This document shows positions 9,701 through 17,100 of a stretch of 21,410 nt of DNA, piece after piece. The notes beneath the pieces were generated by a model. It was not told the origin of the DNA and made no database searches. It saw nothing but the letters and a program-made list of their open reading frames with translations. Within the stretch, counting starts at the first letter, position 1. Every line of letters begins with the position of its first letter. Source of the stretch: Candidatus Melainabacteria bacterium 17Bon1m. Its GTDB lineage: Bacteria > Cyanobacteriota > Vampirovibrionia > Obscuribacterales > Obscuribacteraceae. Made by a program: the position numbers and the translations under genes. The stretch is taken from the NCBI GenBank assembly GCA_032128875.1, contig JAVLKG010000025.1, positions 1 to 21,410 on the forward strand, given 5' to 3'.

Positions 9701-10621
9701 GCAGTCCCCTCCACTGCTATGGCAGTTCCGGTGGCTAACTCGAAAACTGGCTCAGCTGATCTGAATCAGATCTTCGGATTTGCAGGCGAGTATTCAAATG
9801 CAACTGCCGATCTCTCCGTGCTCAATATGAACGCTGCAGTATCAGCAGAGCGTGGGGGCGCGTTGCACGCGCCTAATTGGTCCGTCGGCGGCTCGCCGAC
9901 GGCGGGCGGCATGAATGCCGCCCCTACAATGGACAGCAGAGAGGACAACTCATATATGGTTGGCTTTATGGGCAACAGCTTCGGTGAATCTGAAGCCGCG
10001 CTCTGCAGCGATGTCGAACTCGGTGTCGGCCGGAGCGCCGGATTCCAGCCGGCATCGGAAAATGCTGTTGGAACGATTAAGACGATTCAGCACTCTGATC
10101 GTGTCGTAATCAAGAAAGGCAACGTTCTCTTCGTTCCATTCAAGGCTACGACAGTAGAAACACCGAACGGTATCGTCCACATCGATGCGAAGTCTGTAGC
10201 ACTCGTAAGCTCGACCGATGCAGGTTTGGCAGTGTATGACCTCGAAGATCAACACAAAGGTTCTGTAAGTGTTGAATCCAACGGTCATAACGTAGTTCTC
10301 GCTCCAGGTCGCCACGTGATGATCACGAAGCACCACACAGCAGAATTTGCGCAAATCAACGCTGTCGAAACGATCGCTCACCGCAACGTTCAAAGCGTAG
10401 TGAAGAACGGACACAGAGCACACACCTCTGAGTTCTCAGTCTTGACCGCAATGGACACAGTGAAACCACTCAAGGCATTGGCAAGTTCGAAGCATGCACA
10501 TGCAAGACAAATCGCAGACCGCATGATGAAGACGACCGCCATCATCTTGCAGCTCGGCGGCGGAAGCGGAGGACAATATCAGCACTACTTCAAGCCACGC
10601 ATGACTGCGATGCAGAAGTAA
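626..10621 (+). CDS. Giant secreted beta-helix (haemagglutinin/adhesin-like) protein with a conserved FecR-like C-terminal domain, paralog B, 3331 aa
   Basis: Uninterrupted 9996-nt ORF with RBS, signal peptide and downstream terminator. G/N/T/S/I/A-rich sequence with recurring GGNI(T/Q)(I/L) and G.I.L.A.G strand-turn motifs typical of beta-solenoid exoproteins. Full-length paralog at 11029. The ORF is certain, but the function is inferred from composition only. Confidence 0.9.
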   Translation: MDQKRHSKNCNSGSIFKKFSASLTVLLLLASSNLTSAALANDQGGRGAAWQQFQIENPGLEKKELHQMFKQEWREIKGAGNGIGGGNDNAPNIQNQAIQNINNNVNNQIDRSDFASKAEWQAAKQALKLEQKSLSHNLNQTIQNTVNNKTININHGFSLDLTSAVESITLGDKLFQGQSVVINVGGEEKTVSAGSKVTAAEYVAARQALGGGAQTVTLDAQGRATGGEVDLSAMTSGNQTMKVKDLTVPVSVTASGDFGKGGDVRILGDLTNSGSINAYTSDNKNVNALIKADNITNNAGASITSSVSDLTLQADRNFSNYGDISATGNLIVSAGKTLTNGGSVSAQNELSILAPKVTNTGTLASAQGNVTLDTPIPAALKFNNNSGTISALNGAINIREAGYAASFDTQVYGGDLLSKELNVNAGGGMSDVFVNKLTGTVNSTGTGAHVSANTEVLTIGNQCLTGDPTYFNTGDIVLDGQINVGEAVSIIAGGNITATANLTQIIAREAGGQGFEINIVAGANITGGNGQIVGNLLPQTSIPPNINNNAVTPVTISGPNTNGGDIDLSGAAAGFSIRSSSTALGLDGGNIQIVAYRNNDTGGAVILPSDSVISSAAGEGGVNGHISIFGGNSVSIGTVSSADTVNTAGGNIIIANANPVFDFGNSMTFGTDGRVTSSNHFVLPNAPTWGPGNVTVASLFSFGALVANQIQSGHNLTIGGLLFSSGLTQLDAGLANSGNGNLTLTSAAISQQGLIANASGSIAATVLSSSTGDIELNANGNITTTDMIASLGSVTAIAVGNTTVGNVTAGNSITLGAGPQQFPAVNGHLVTGDLTANQISLLTPYGDVTINGTLNASQSFTLSVLGDIDQSFFDGSVFSTTQSIDLNSTIGSIGSALNPLLISTANITANAALGSVYINDLLSDPQVNVLGASGNVVQIIRANPGVSGGISVFGHIGANTVILSNSGANGEITIDMLGSIGGLGGGAANSVTLEGKGVGRVRSHSSALIDTIALNLSTGSGDIEIGNTTARSISAVTTTGNVLITDSSVSPVTINALSGRIVDVNLTTPGTGLVIANTITATESLRLILDNTQSTATITRTGANTTLISPEIRLEAGGNIGTTTTAILTDTDKLTALAGTPGPSGTARNIFISDSDAFAIEFMSGNIVNLSAVGSITNSEPNTQVRANTLNLSSTLGSIGELGVGTNGRINTNASSISAIAAGDVYLETTASLVQLGVLSGQVVDVNSVNGSRFNLLENITGTSSVSIHTMFNNHPLNAITQLAGKTIVTPTLSLSTTDGNIGTASNQIRTTAGVLDVNSNGNVFVTTTGDVSLNASSGDTFRLTSGGGITVQDDLLSNNLTLTSGNNGNIDLNWFIAGLTGPDATSVTLNANGSGSITQALGTNIRTTSLSLNSASGDIGASGSPITVNPNVTNVNLSVHTTGDWFVTAFGDVNLGASTGGNGTLVSNNVSTTGNTTLTGTLDITTQSLNVAGDKLAADIINVQGFSGGNLTIDGGLAGGIFASTTKTNWIATNGGSIFLSGDVTMNGDTFITTNAAGQVTINAGAQYIGNNLVKITSGLVNQIGFISGNPLVYNLLGNTILNSNGDVNFSDNIIFVGENFAVLASGNINFSPFSNIRLANSAGDGGNLTLVAGYNITPGTVGQIRSTAEYTLGGASATGGSINMGGTAFDLSGSNNGGTLTAVAQGQAGGNAGIVNLGAINTSGANNGGNVTVFGSGGISVGAINTTGGSASGNVLLSVENSQIVGGDIKITNGTRSGLGQFVSNGASEGNLSYGNITATGAQVGLTGALSAANTINGTGTIVANTLDVQTGAGVATIGNTQIATLNSDGNGTVSLSNIGNLVLNGIGGAGQSLTATATGSITGTNAFAIDKLNLTATAASGNTAISLTGASASTSASLKSNGGGNIIGDVSTNALTLNSSGNVGVNATTRFTTDAATIKVDAVNAFLNDTNALGVQFSSGTVSGTFNVLATGIVTGGTLTTSNAVITAAGIGTGTGVNAFSLTNGANPLSLEVQTGTGDSFINAIGTGVLQIVGGSTSNVFDVKTPNGASVSVLGDVTFGGDINITTNSMTNFFDVASTNGSINIQSNAGSDLLIFGATGPTPATYSAANGVINLTTNGTILGISGKTTYLTTANLIANVSGQSVVQQAGAVSTATVPSYVYTASATGGSFDGPWNFVNSGTYANNGGNVTLSSITFSGADIAVIASGDIQLNNVTINLSGNNGGNLTMMAGFNFEPNTFGQVDQDTSTTFQNFTPTSSGSILGTATINLNGAAGSGGRLIALANNGSVSLGDISSTGTVSGGDIAIIASNGITTGAITTTGPTGGAVDLIVGNPTVGAGTNFQILAGSIVNGLNTVDNVSLNNGSIIVGPVATGNGSFSAQTSATGAVTLQNALSARNISIDTGSLNLLGFSTIAAGTDGAGNAGDISISASAVTTPTSHLQVTAIGTGAGSGGNIDFEWNSTAAVALGAGASDKFDFQFNGTGDGGSLNFTSQGDITLNAGALVGNSTGAAGGKATVGTTGNLTVNANSINLGGTDGDGAEISLTAGLVDGVGTLNLADTSFLTQANGTGSNGDGGLLSLIGSNITYGATSAVSPLALTAAGSGTGNGGTIIFRTGDTTATFIGAPARAPRGAFHFLRADAHGDGNGGTIDIQVGGNLTISDTSLINASRGSSGNLDGANYRLEAGKQALANLIITGSLDATGLGSGVDGTVFLGTNSRTAFSVGSTNPKNGITGTVSGGEIQINNRAGGIQVLSAANLSAQRMNLTAALNGAISVVGTLSAAQSIVLTAGTGAIGGKGALAVNTASLQANTAGSVSLNNLFTGPSVLLDSTGGRSFTLHTAGSTTLNDISTTRGNITVVESAGALQVANGSLISANNGALILQNTDNAGTISIGDNATVRTFENGRQVSIVIGATVPRTGTNPSPPNPAGVNVTINNPRNFVWFGPNNAVNVPTGTAQVTSKNQNVLFSGLAAGTISLGNGSLVLADPPDRVGAASVAAAVPSTAMAVPVANSKTGSADLNQIFGFAGEYSNATADLSVLNMNAAVSAERGGALHAPNWSVGGSPTAGGMNAAPTMDSREDNSYMVGFMGNSFGESEAALCSDVELGVGRSAGFQPASENAVGTIKTIQHSDRVVIKKGNVLFVPFKATTVETPNGIVHIDAKSVALVSSTDAGLAVYDLEDQHKGSVSVESNGHNVVLAPGRHVMITKHHTAEFAQINAVETIAHRNVQSVVKNGHRAHTSEFSVLTAMDTVKPLKALASSKHAHARQIADRMMKTTAIILQLGGGSGGQYQHYFKPRMTAMQK
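3296..4920 (+). repeat. Degenerate protein repeats G(S/N/D)IG....(I/L) in the paralog B passenger
   Basis: GSIGSALNPLLIS (3296), GNIGTTTTAILTD (3977), GSIGELG (4214), GNIGTASNQIRTT (4523), GDIGASGSPITVN (4877), most preceded by L.L.S. Visible at protein level only. Confidence 0.55.
9851..9928. repeat. REPIN-like element in frame inside paralog B (78 bp, 26 codons)
   Basis: CGTGGGGGCGCGTTGCACGCGCCT, then perfect 9-bp hairpin CCGTCGGCG-GCT-CGCCGACGG, then GGGCGGCATGAATGCCGCCCCTACA. Translates as RGGALHAPNWSVGGSPTAGGMNAAPT. Homologous to intergenic 182-263. Confidence 0.85.
9929..10621 (+). other. Conserved C-terminal domain (about 230 aa) with a FecR-like core at about 10100-10330
   Basis: RVVIKKGNVLFVPFKATTVETPNGIVHIDAKSVALV...LAVYDL....GSVSV......VLAPGRHVMI resembles the FecR pattern L..G...F......V.TP.G.V.V.....V.....V.V..G.V.V......L.PG. 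A charged helical tail follows. Near-identical where the three paralogs can be compared. Fold call made by eye. Confidence 0.5.
10032..10053 (+). repeat. Possible second REP-like palindrome inside the paralog B C-terminal domain
   Basis: GGAG-C-GCCGG-ATTCCAG-CCGGC. The paralog C copy is a perfect 7-bp hairpin. No intergenic copy in this window. Confidence 0.45.
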
Positions 10622-10632
10622 GAAAGAATGTT

Positions 10633-10663
10633 GGGGGCGGTGAGAAATCACCGCCCTTCTTTT
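10633..10663 (+). terminator. Rho-independent terminator of paralog B
   Basis: GGGGGCGGTGA-GAAA-TCACCGCCCTT then CTTTT, 11 nt after TAA. Same hairpin as 147-179. Confidence 0.85.
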
Positions 10664-10668
10664 GTATC

Positions 10669-10692
10669 GTGGGAGCTCATGATCATGCGATC
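10669..10692 (+). repeat. Degenerate REP-like remnant after the paralog B terminator
   Basis: GTGG-GAGCTCATG-AT-CATGCGATC (imperfect hairpin), at the same position relative to the terminator as the REP at 183 (shared TATCGTGGG). Confidence 0.4.
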
Positions 10693-11012
10693 TATTGCAT
10701 AGTGGGTGACCTTTTCTGCAGTGAGGGGCTACGCCACACATCGCTCGGTCATGCCTGCATTTGCTGACATCTAGTTTGCTCCAAGCTCTACTTACTAGAG
10801 CGTAAGAATTCTTGCCCAGGCTCGTTCATTAATCGAGTCTTAATGGCATTTCATAGTTCATTTTGATACGCTTACTCAGCTGAAGACTCTTAGCAGCACT
10901 GCGTTATTACCGTTTGTCGAGCGGTGTTGATCATTGAAATGGCGCACCTGGCTTGCGTGCAAGCCGTTATCGCCTTGGTCACTGGCAATTTCATTTAATC
11001 TAGGCAACCGAC

Positions 11013-11018
11013 AGGGGA
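11013..11018 (+). promoter_or_regulatory. Shine-Dalgarno site of paralog C
   Basis: AGGGGA, 10 nt upstream of ATG 11029. Confidence 0.6.
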
Positions 11019-11028
11019 TACCTTATAT

Positions 11029-11148
11029 ATGGCAACCACACGAAGCCTGAAGACCTGGAACACACGTTTCGCCTTCAGAAAAGTTTTTGCGTCGTTAACG
11101 ATATTCCTATTCCTTGTATCGTCGAACCTAACAACAGCCGCCCTGGCA
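11029..11148 (+). other. Sec/SPI signal peptide (40 aa) of paralog C
   Basis: Basic n-region, hydrophobic VFASLTIFLFLV, and SSNLTTAALA|N matching SSNLTSAALA|N in B. Confidence 0.75.
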
Positions 11149-14100
11149 AATGAGCAGGGTGGGCGCCGCGCCGCGTTCGAGCAATTCCAAATCGAAAACC
11201 CTGGGCTCGAAAAGAAAGAATTGCACCAAATGTTCAAACAAGAGTGGCGCGAAATCAAAGGCGCAGGCAATGGCATTGGTGGCGGCGGACACGAAAATGT
11301 CTCCAATATTCAGAACCAAGCAATTCAAAACATCAATAACAACAATCACGTTGATAGAAGTGACTTCGCAACCAAGGCCGACTGGCAAGCTGCGAAGCAA
11401 GCGCTGAAGCTTGAGCAGAAAAATCTATCGCATACACTCAACCAGACAATACAAGGCACGGTCAACAACAAGACCATCAACATCAATCATGGTTTCTCTC
11501 TTGACCTAACGTCAGCAGTTGAAAGCATCACGCTGGGCGACAAACTCTTCCAAGGACAATCGGTCGTCATCAACGTGGGTGGAGAAGACAAAACAGTTTC
11601 CGCCGGTTCTAAAGTAACCGCCGCAGAATATGTCGCAGCCAGACAGGCATTGAGTGGTGGTGCACAAACAGTGACCCTTGATGCGCAAGGACGCGCGACT
11701 GGCGGCGAAATTGATCTATCAGCTATGACAAGCGGCAACCAGACGATGAAGGTAAAAGACCTGACTGTCCCGGTTGCGGTTACTGCATCCGGTGACTTTG
11801 GTAAAGGCGGAGACGTTAGAATTCTCGGCGACCTAACCAACTCCGGCTCAATTAACGCGTATGCGTCTGGCAACAACAGCGTCAACGCGTTCATCAAAGC
11901 AAATAGCATCATCAACAATGAAGGCGCCAGTGTAACTTCGACTGTCAGCGACCTCACTCTTCAAGCAGAAAAGAATTTTGCTAACTTCGGCGACATCAAC
12001 GCAACCGGAAATTTGACTATAGCGGCAGGAAAGTCTTTAACCAACTCCGGAAGCATTTCTTCTCAGGCGAATCTCAACGTCTTGGCACCTAAAGTCATCA
12101 ACACCGGAAGTCTCGCTTCTATTGGCGCTAACGTCACATTCGACACGCCAGTCGTTCGTGAGTTGATGGTCAACAACATCGATGGGACCATTCAATCTCT
12201 GAATGGTGCCATTAATGTTCGCAGAGCAAATTATGCAGCAGCATTTGATTCAACTGTTGTCGGTGGTGACCTCCTCTCCAAGCAGCTGAATCTATATTCC
12301 GGTGAAGGCAGCGCTGACATTAACGTCAACGAATTGACCGGCAGTGTCAATTCCAGCGGAGCCGCTGTTCACGTAAGAGCAAATACCGAAACATTGCAAA
12401 TCGGCAATCAGTGTTTGACTGGCGACCCAACGTTTTTCAACACAGGCAATATCGACATAGTCGGTGGTTCCATCGTAGTTGGTGAAGACCTTGCAATCAT
12501 CGCTCAAGGCAATATTACAACCAGCGCCAGCAGCCTTGAAATCAAGGCGCAGACTGTAAATCAGGGCTTCGACCTTGCCATAATTGCAGGCGCTAACATC
12601 ACTGCTGGTGCGGGTGAACTTCCACCATCCGGAAATGGCGTACTGGTTAATGGTAGTACTCCTGCAGCGACGGCACCGGTGACGATTGACGGCGCTTCTG
12701 CTACTGGAGGCAACATCGACTTCTCCTCCGTGAGCGGAATTTTGACAATCTCTTCTTCTTCCCAGGGCAATAATCTGGATGGCGGGAATATTACTTTAGC
12801 GGCTTTTGCCGATGGTTCTGGCAATAACGGTCGAGTTTTGCTAACCAGCACTTCGACCATAAGAGCTGAAGGACATGGAACCGGAAACAACGGAAATGTA
12901 ACTATCGTTGCCGGCGGAGCACCAAATTCTGCTGCTAATACGATAGTGCTGGGCGCTATTCACACCCGCAACGGCACAGGGACAGCAGTTGGTACCGGCA
13001 ACGTTTCGATCGCAACGTTACAGCCGACGACTGACGATGGAATGCCAATTACTTTTGGTACTAATGGCAGTATCACCAGCGGGAATCAACTTGGTGCCTT
13101 TAGCACCGGAGCGATACCCGTAAATGCTGGCGTGTCCCTCGGTGGTCCAATTGATTCCAGTCTTTCAAACGGCAATATCGTTATTCGCGCAGGCAGTGTG
13201 GTGTTGTCGAGCGTGTTTGCGAATAAAGTGGCAGTTCATGCAGCTCGAGATATAACGCTTTCAACTAACACCATAGTCGGTGGCGGAGGTGTCATGATGG
13301 TGGCAGGGCGTAATATCACAACCTCTGCCCCTATCTTCAATATAAATTCAAGTGCCGCAACTGGCAACGCGGGCAACATCTCGATTGTGGCAGGGGCAAA
13401 TGCGCAATATACAGCCAGCGGGATTGTCATCAATGGCGCCTCCACTACCGGTGGGCGAATCGACCTTGCGGCTGGAATAGATGCCCGCGCTTATTCGCTC
13501 GGGTCTGTCGGCGGAACTATAAACTTAATCGCCTACACCGGAAGTGATAATACTGGAAATGTTCAAGTGACTGGAGATTTACAGACCAGCGGTGTAGCTG
13601 TTAATGGCGACATCAATGTAGTTGCAGGAAAGACGAGTGGTAATGGTATTACGCTTGGTGTGATTACATCGGGAGCGGGAGCTACTGCAGGTGGTGATGT
13701 AAATCTCGTCACTGCGGCTCCGAATGCCGGAATTACGTTGTCTAGCGGAGCCAATTTTGCCGGCGCTTCTTCAACTTTTGTTCCGGCGGCTGGACAAGTA
13801 GCCGGCGCAATTGTTACCGGCGATATTTATGCCCCCAGTGCTGACGTTTTGGTGAGAACCAATTCGAATGCGTCAATAGGAAACATTGCAGTAAGAGGTC
13901 CAAATTTAGCCGGCTCGATTACTATAAGAACCAACGGTACCAGTGCTTTCAATATCAACGGTTCTGGTCCCAACCGTTCCGGGACTTTGGATACATCAGG
14001 CCCAAGTGTTGGAAGCGCAGGCTCAATAAGCATCACTAATATTGGAAATACTGGTATCAATGTCGGCAGCCTTGGAACTGGTGCGAGCAATGGAAGTGGC

Positions 14101-17100
14101 GGTTTACTGTCTCTGGACGCAGACAATGGTACTCTCGCTATTACCGGTGGAAGCATCCTGAGTGCTGGCGGACTAGGACCAGGCAATTCAGGCGGCCTCC
14201 TTAGCTTGCGCGGGGCTTCAATTACGTCATCGGGTTCAGTAGTCCTTACTGCAAGCGGAATAGGCGGTGCCACCGGTGGCACTCTCATTGTTGAAACCAC
14301 AGGAAGTGGTGTATCCGGAAATATCAACATCGGAAGTGGAAACGGGCAATTACAAGTTTCTGCCAGCGGAGGAGGCGGTACCATCGATCTGCGCTCGGGC
14401 GGAACCATTACAGTCGGAAATAGCGCAATATCAGCAGACAACGTCAGCCTTCGCTCGAATCTCACGTCTGGTAGTGGGCTTGTTCTCAACAATTCGGTGA
14501 CTGGAAGCACCTCCGTTTCTCTGCAGACCGCTGGCTCGGCGACCATGAGCGGTAGCGGAACCGTAAGTGGTGGGCTGCTGAACATAACGGCTAGCACTGG
14601 TTCTACAGCGATTAACACCAATGTCACTAGTGTCACGCTCAGCACGAATGGCAATGTCAGTCTTAACGAAGCCAACGGATTGACACTAAATGCAGGCACG
14701 ACTGGAGCAGGTAACCTATCTATTACTTCCAGCGCACTTGCTCTCAGCAGTGGCGTATCGTTTCAGCTTGGCGGAGACGCAAACCTTATAACCAACACCC
14801 TCAGTCTAAATGGTGGAACTATTCAGTCAACCAACGGGGTCATCTCAGTAACTCCTATTAGTGGCGGGTTGACTGTCAATGGTGGAAGTGGTGGTGTTCT
14901 CACTAGCTCGAAGTACGCTCCAGGCGCACCAGGAGTACCGAATTTACCTGGTGTTATTTTGAATTCGAACACCGGTGATTTGACTATTGCAGGAGTGGTC
15001 ACTTTGTCACCTGATTCGGTATTCAACATCGGCAGCAATGATCTTGTAATTAGCAATACAGCAAATTGGAACAGCGCAAGCAATATCACTGTCAATGCAG
15101 ACAACATTCTCTATCAAGGCAATGGTCGGATCACGGCTAACCTTCTCATTTTCAATACAATCACTCCTGCAGGCACAATCATCAACACATCTGGAAATGT
15201 CGTATTAACAAGCGATCTGATTTTCAATGGTGCTGATTTGGCGATCATCGCTAGCGGAAACATTACGGCATCCGGGATAACTTCAATCCAACTCAACAAT
15301 TCGACAGGAAGCGGCGGGACTTTACATTTGGTTGCCGGATTCAATGCGACGCCTAGTAGCGGTGGACAGGTACAAACGTATGCCCCATACACAATCACAA
15401 CTGCTGGTACTGGCAATGTAAGTCTTGGTTCCGTGAGTATAAACACGAGTGCAACAGGAGCCACTGGAAATGCTGGAGATGTAGTAGCAGTCGCCAGCAA
15501 TGGAACAATTAGCCTTGGCACCATTACAGCAATGTCAAATTCCGGCTCTGGCGGCGACGTTCTGGTGGTCGGTCAAAATGGGGTAAACGTAGGCGCGATT
15601 GACGTATCGGGTTTGAGTAGTGGTGATGTAACGCTTTCAGCTTCAGCACCGTTAATCGCTGGAGGACCAATTAAATTTACGAGCGGAACCGCTTCTGGAG
15701 GCACATTTGTTGCAAGTACAACAGGAACAGACGCAGGGATGTCTGTGATTTCTCCCACAGTTTTCTTCAACGGAATCACCGGTGCGGACGAAGTAACCTT
15801 GCGATCTGGAAGTCACCTTATATGGCAGCTTAGTGGAACTCTCGCCGTAAATACATTGAACATTTTTTCAGGTGTTGGAGGTGCGAATTTATTTTCAACT
15901 TCAATTGGCATTCTTAATAGCTCAGCTGCTGGAACTGTCACTATTGGTGGAGAGGTTGACTCGATTATTCTAGGTACGATAACTGGTGCGAACCAATCTC
16001 TAAATGTAAGTGCGGCGGGAAACATATCTACTTCATCTGATTTCAGTATTGATTCGTTGTTTCTTTTTGGAAGTGGTGCGAGTTCTTCAATCGATCTGCA
16101 AAACAACGTTCAAGGAGCTACTAAGGTCCAGTTTGTGGGAGCAGCGGCTATAACACAGTCGAATGGGACCAAAATTAGTGGCGGTGAGTTGATTGTTCAA
16201 GAATACGTGGGCACATCGACCCTTGCAACAAATGTAGATTCTCTGAGAATGATTGGAGCTTCTTCTTTGGGATCAACTTTGATTATCAATGAAGATAATG
16301 GAATTTCTCTCCGCGGTACTGGCGTAGAACTTCGTGTTAACACGCTTGGTGCTGGTGATATAACCACTGCCGGCACTCTTGGTGCTCAGACTGTTGTTTT
16401 AAATACTGCAACGGGTGGTGGCAATATTGTCCTCAATCATAATGTTGGTGGCGATATAGAATTGCGCACCGCTAATGGTGGCTCCATCATTCAAAATGCC
16501 GGAAAAATTTCTGGTGGAACGCTTACTGTAATAAATCCAGGAGGGTCTTCCACATTAGCTACAAATGTGACGAACCTAAATGTTCAATCAGTCAGCAACC
16601 TCGTGGTTAACGAAGACAATGGAATAGCGATAAGTGCTAACACTGGTGGGGGGTCTCTAACTGTTAATTCCGGTGTGGCTGCGGCTGGGGTGCTGAGTAC
16701 TAACGGTATGGTTGATGTGGGAGCAGGAAATCTTATATTGAATGCCCAGCGAGTAGGTTCTTCGATTCAGCTTAACCACAGTCTTATTTCCACTGGCAGC
16801 GTGAATCTGTTGGCTCAAAACACTATTACGCAAACTGTCGGAACCAAAATTTCTGCGACAAATCTTCAAGTGGGATACGGCGGGACATCGGCTGTGGCTT
16901 TGGCAACAAACGTTAATTCTGTCAACGCGATGAATGCAGTTGGTGCACTCACGATAAATGAAGACGATGGAATTACTGTTTCTGCTTCAGGAACAACTTC
17001 AGACCTAACGGTGAATTCGAGTCTGCTTAGCGGCGGCAGTCTTATCACTGATGGAGCAATAAGCCTAACCAATATTAGGCTGAACGCTCAAGGTTCTGGT

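Noticed and set aside
9886-10326. Diversity-generating retroelement TR/VR pair (with 20970-21410)
   Set aside because: Both copies are coding, the mismatches are mostly synonymous and not confined to adenines, and there is no reverse transcriptase in the window.
10436-10741. 101-aa minus-strand ORF across the end of paralog B
   Set aside because: It overlaps the conserved CTD and terminator in antisense and shows no coding features.
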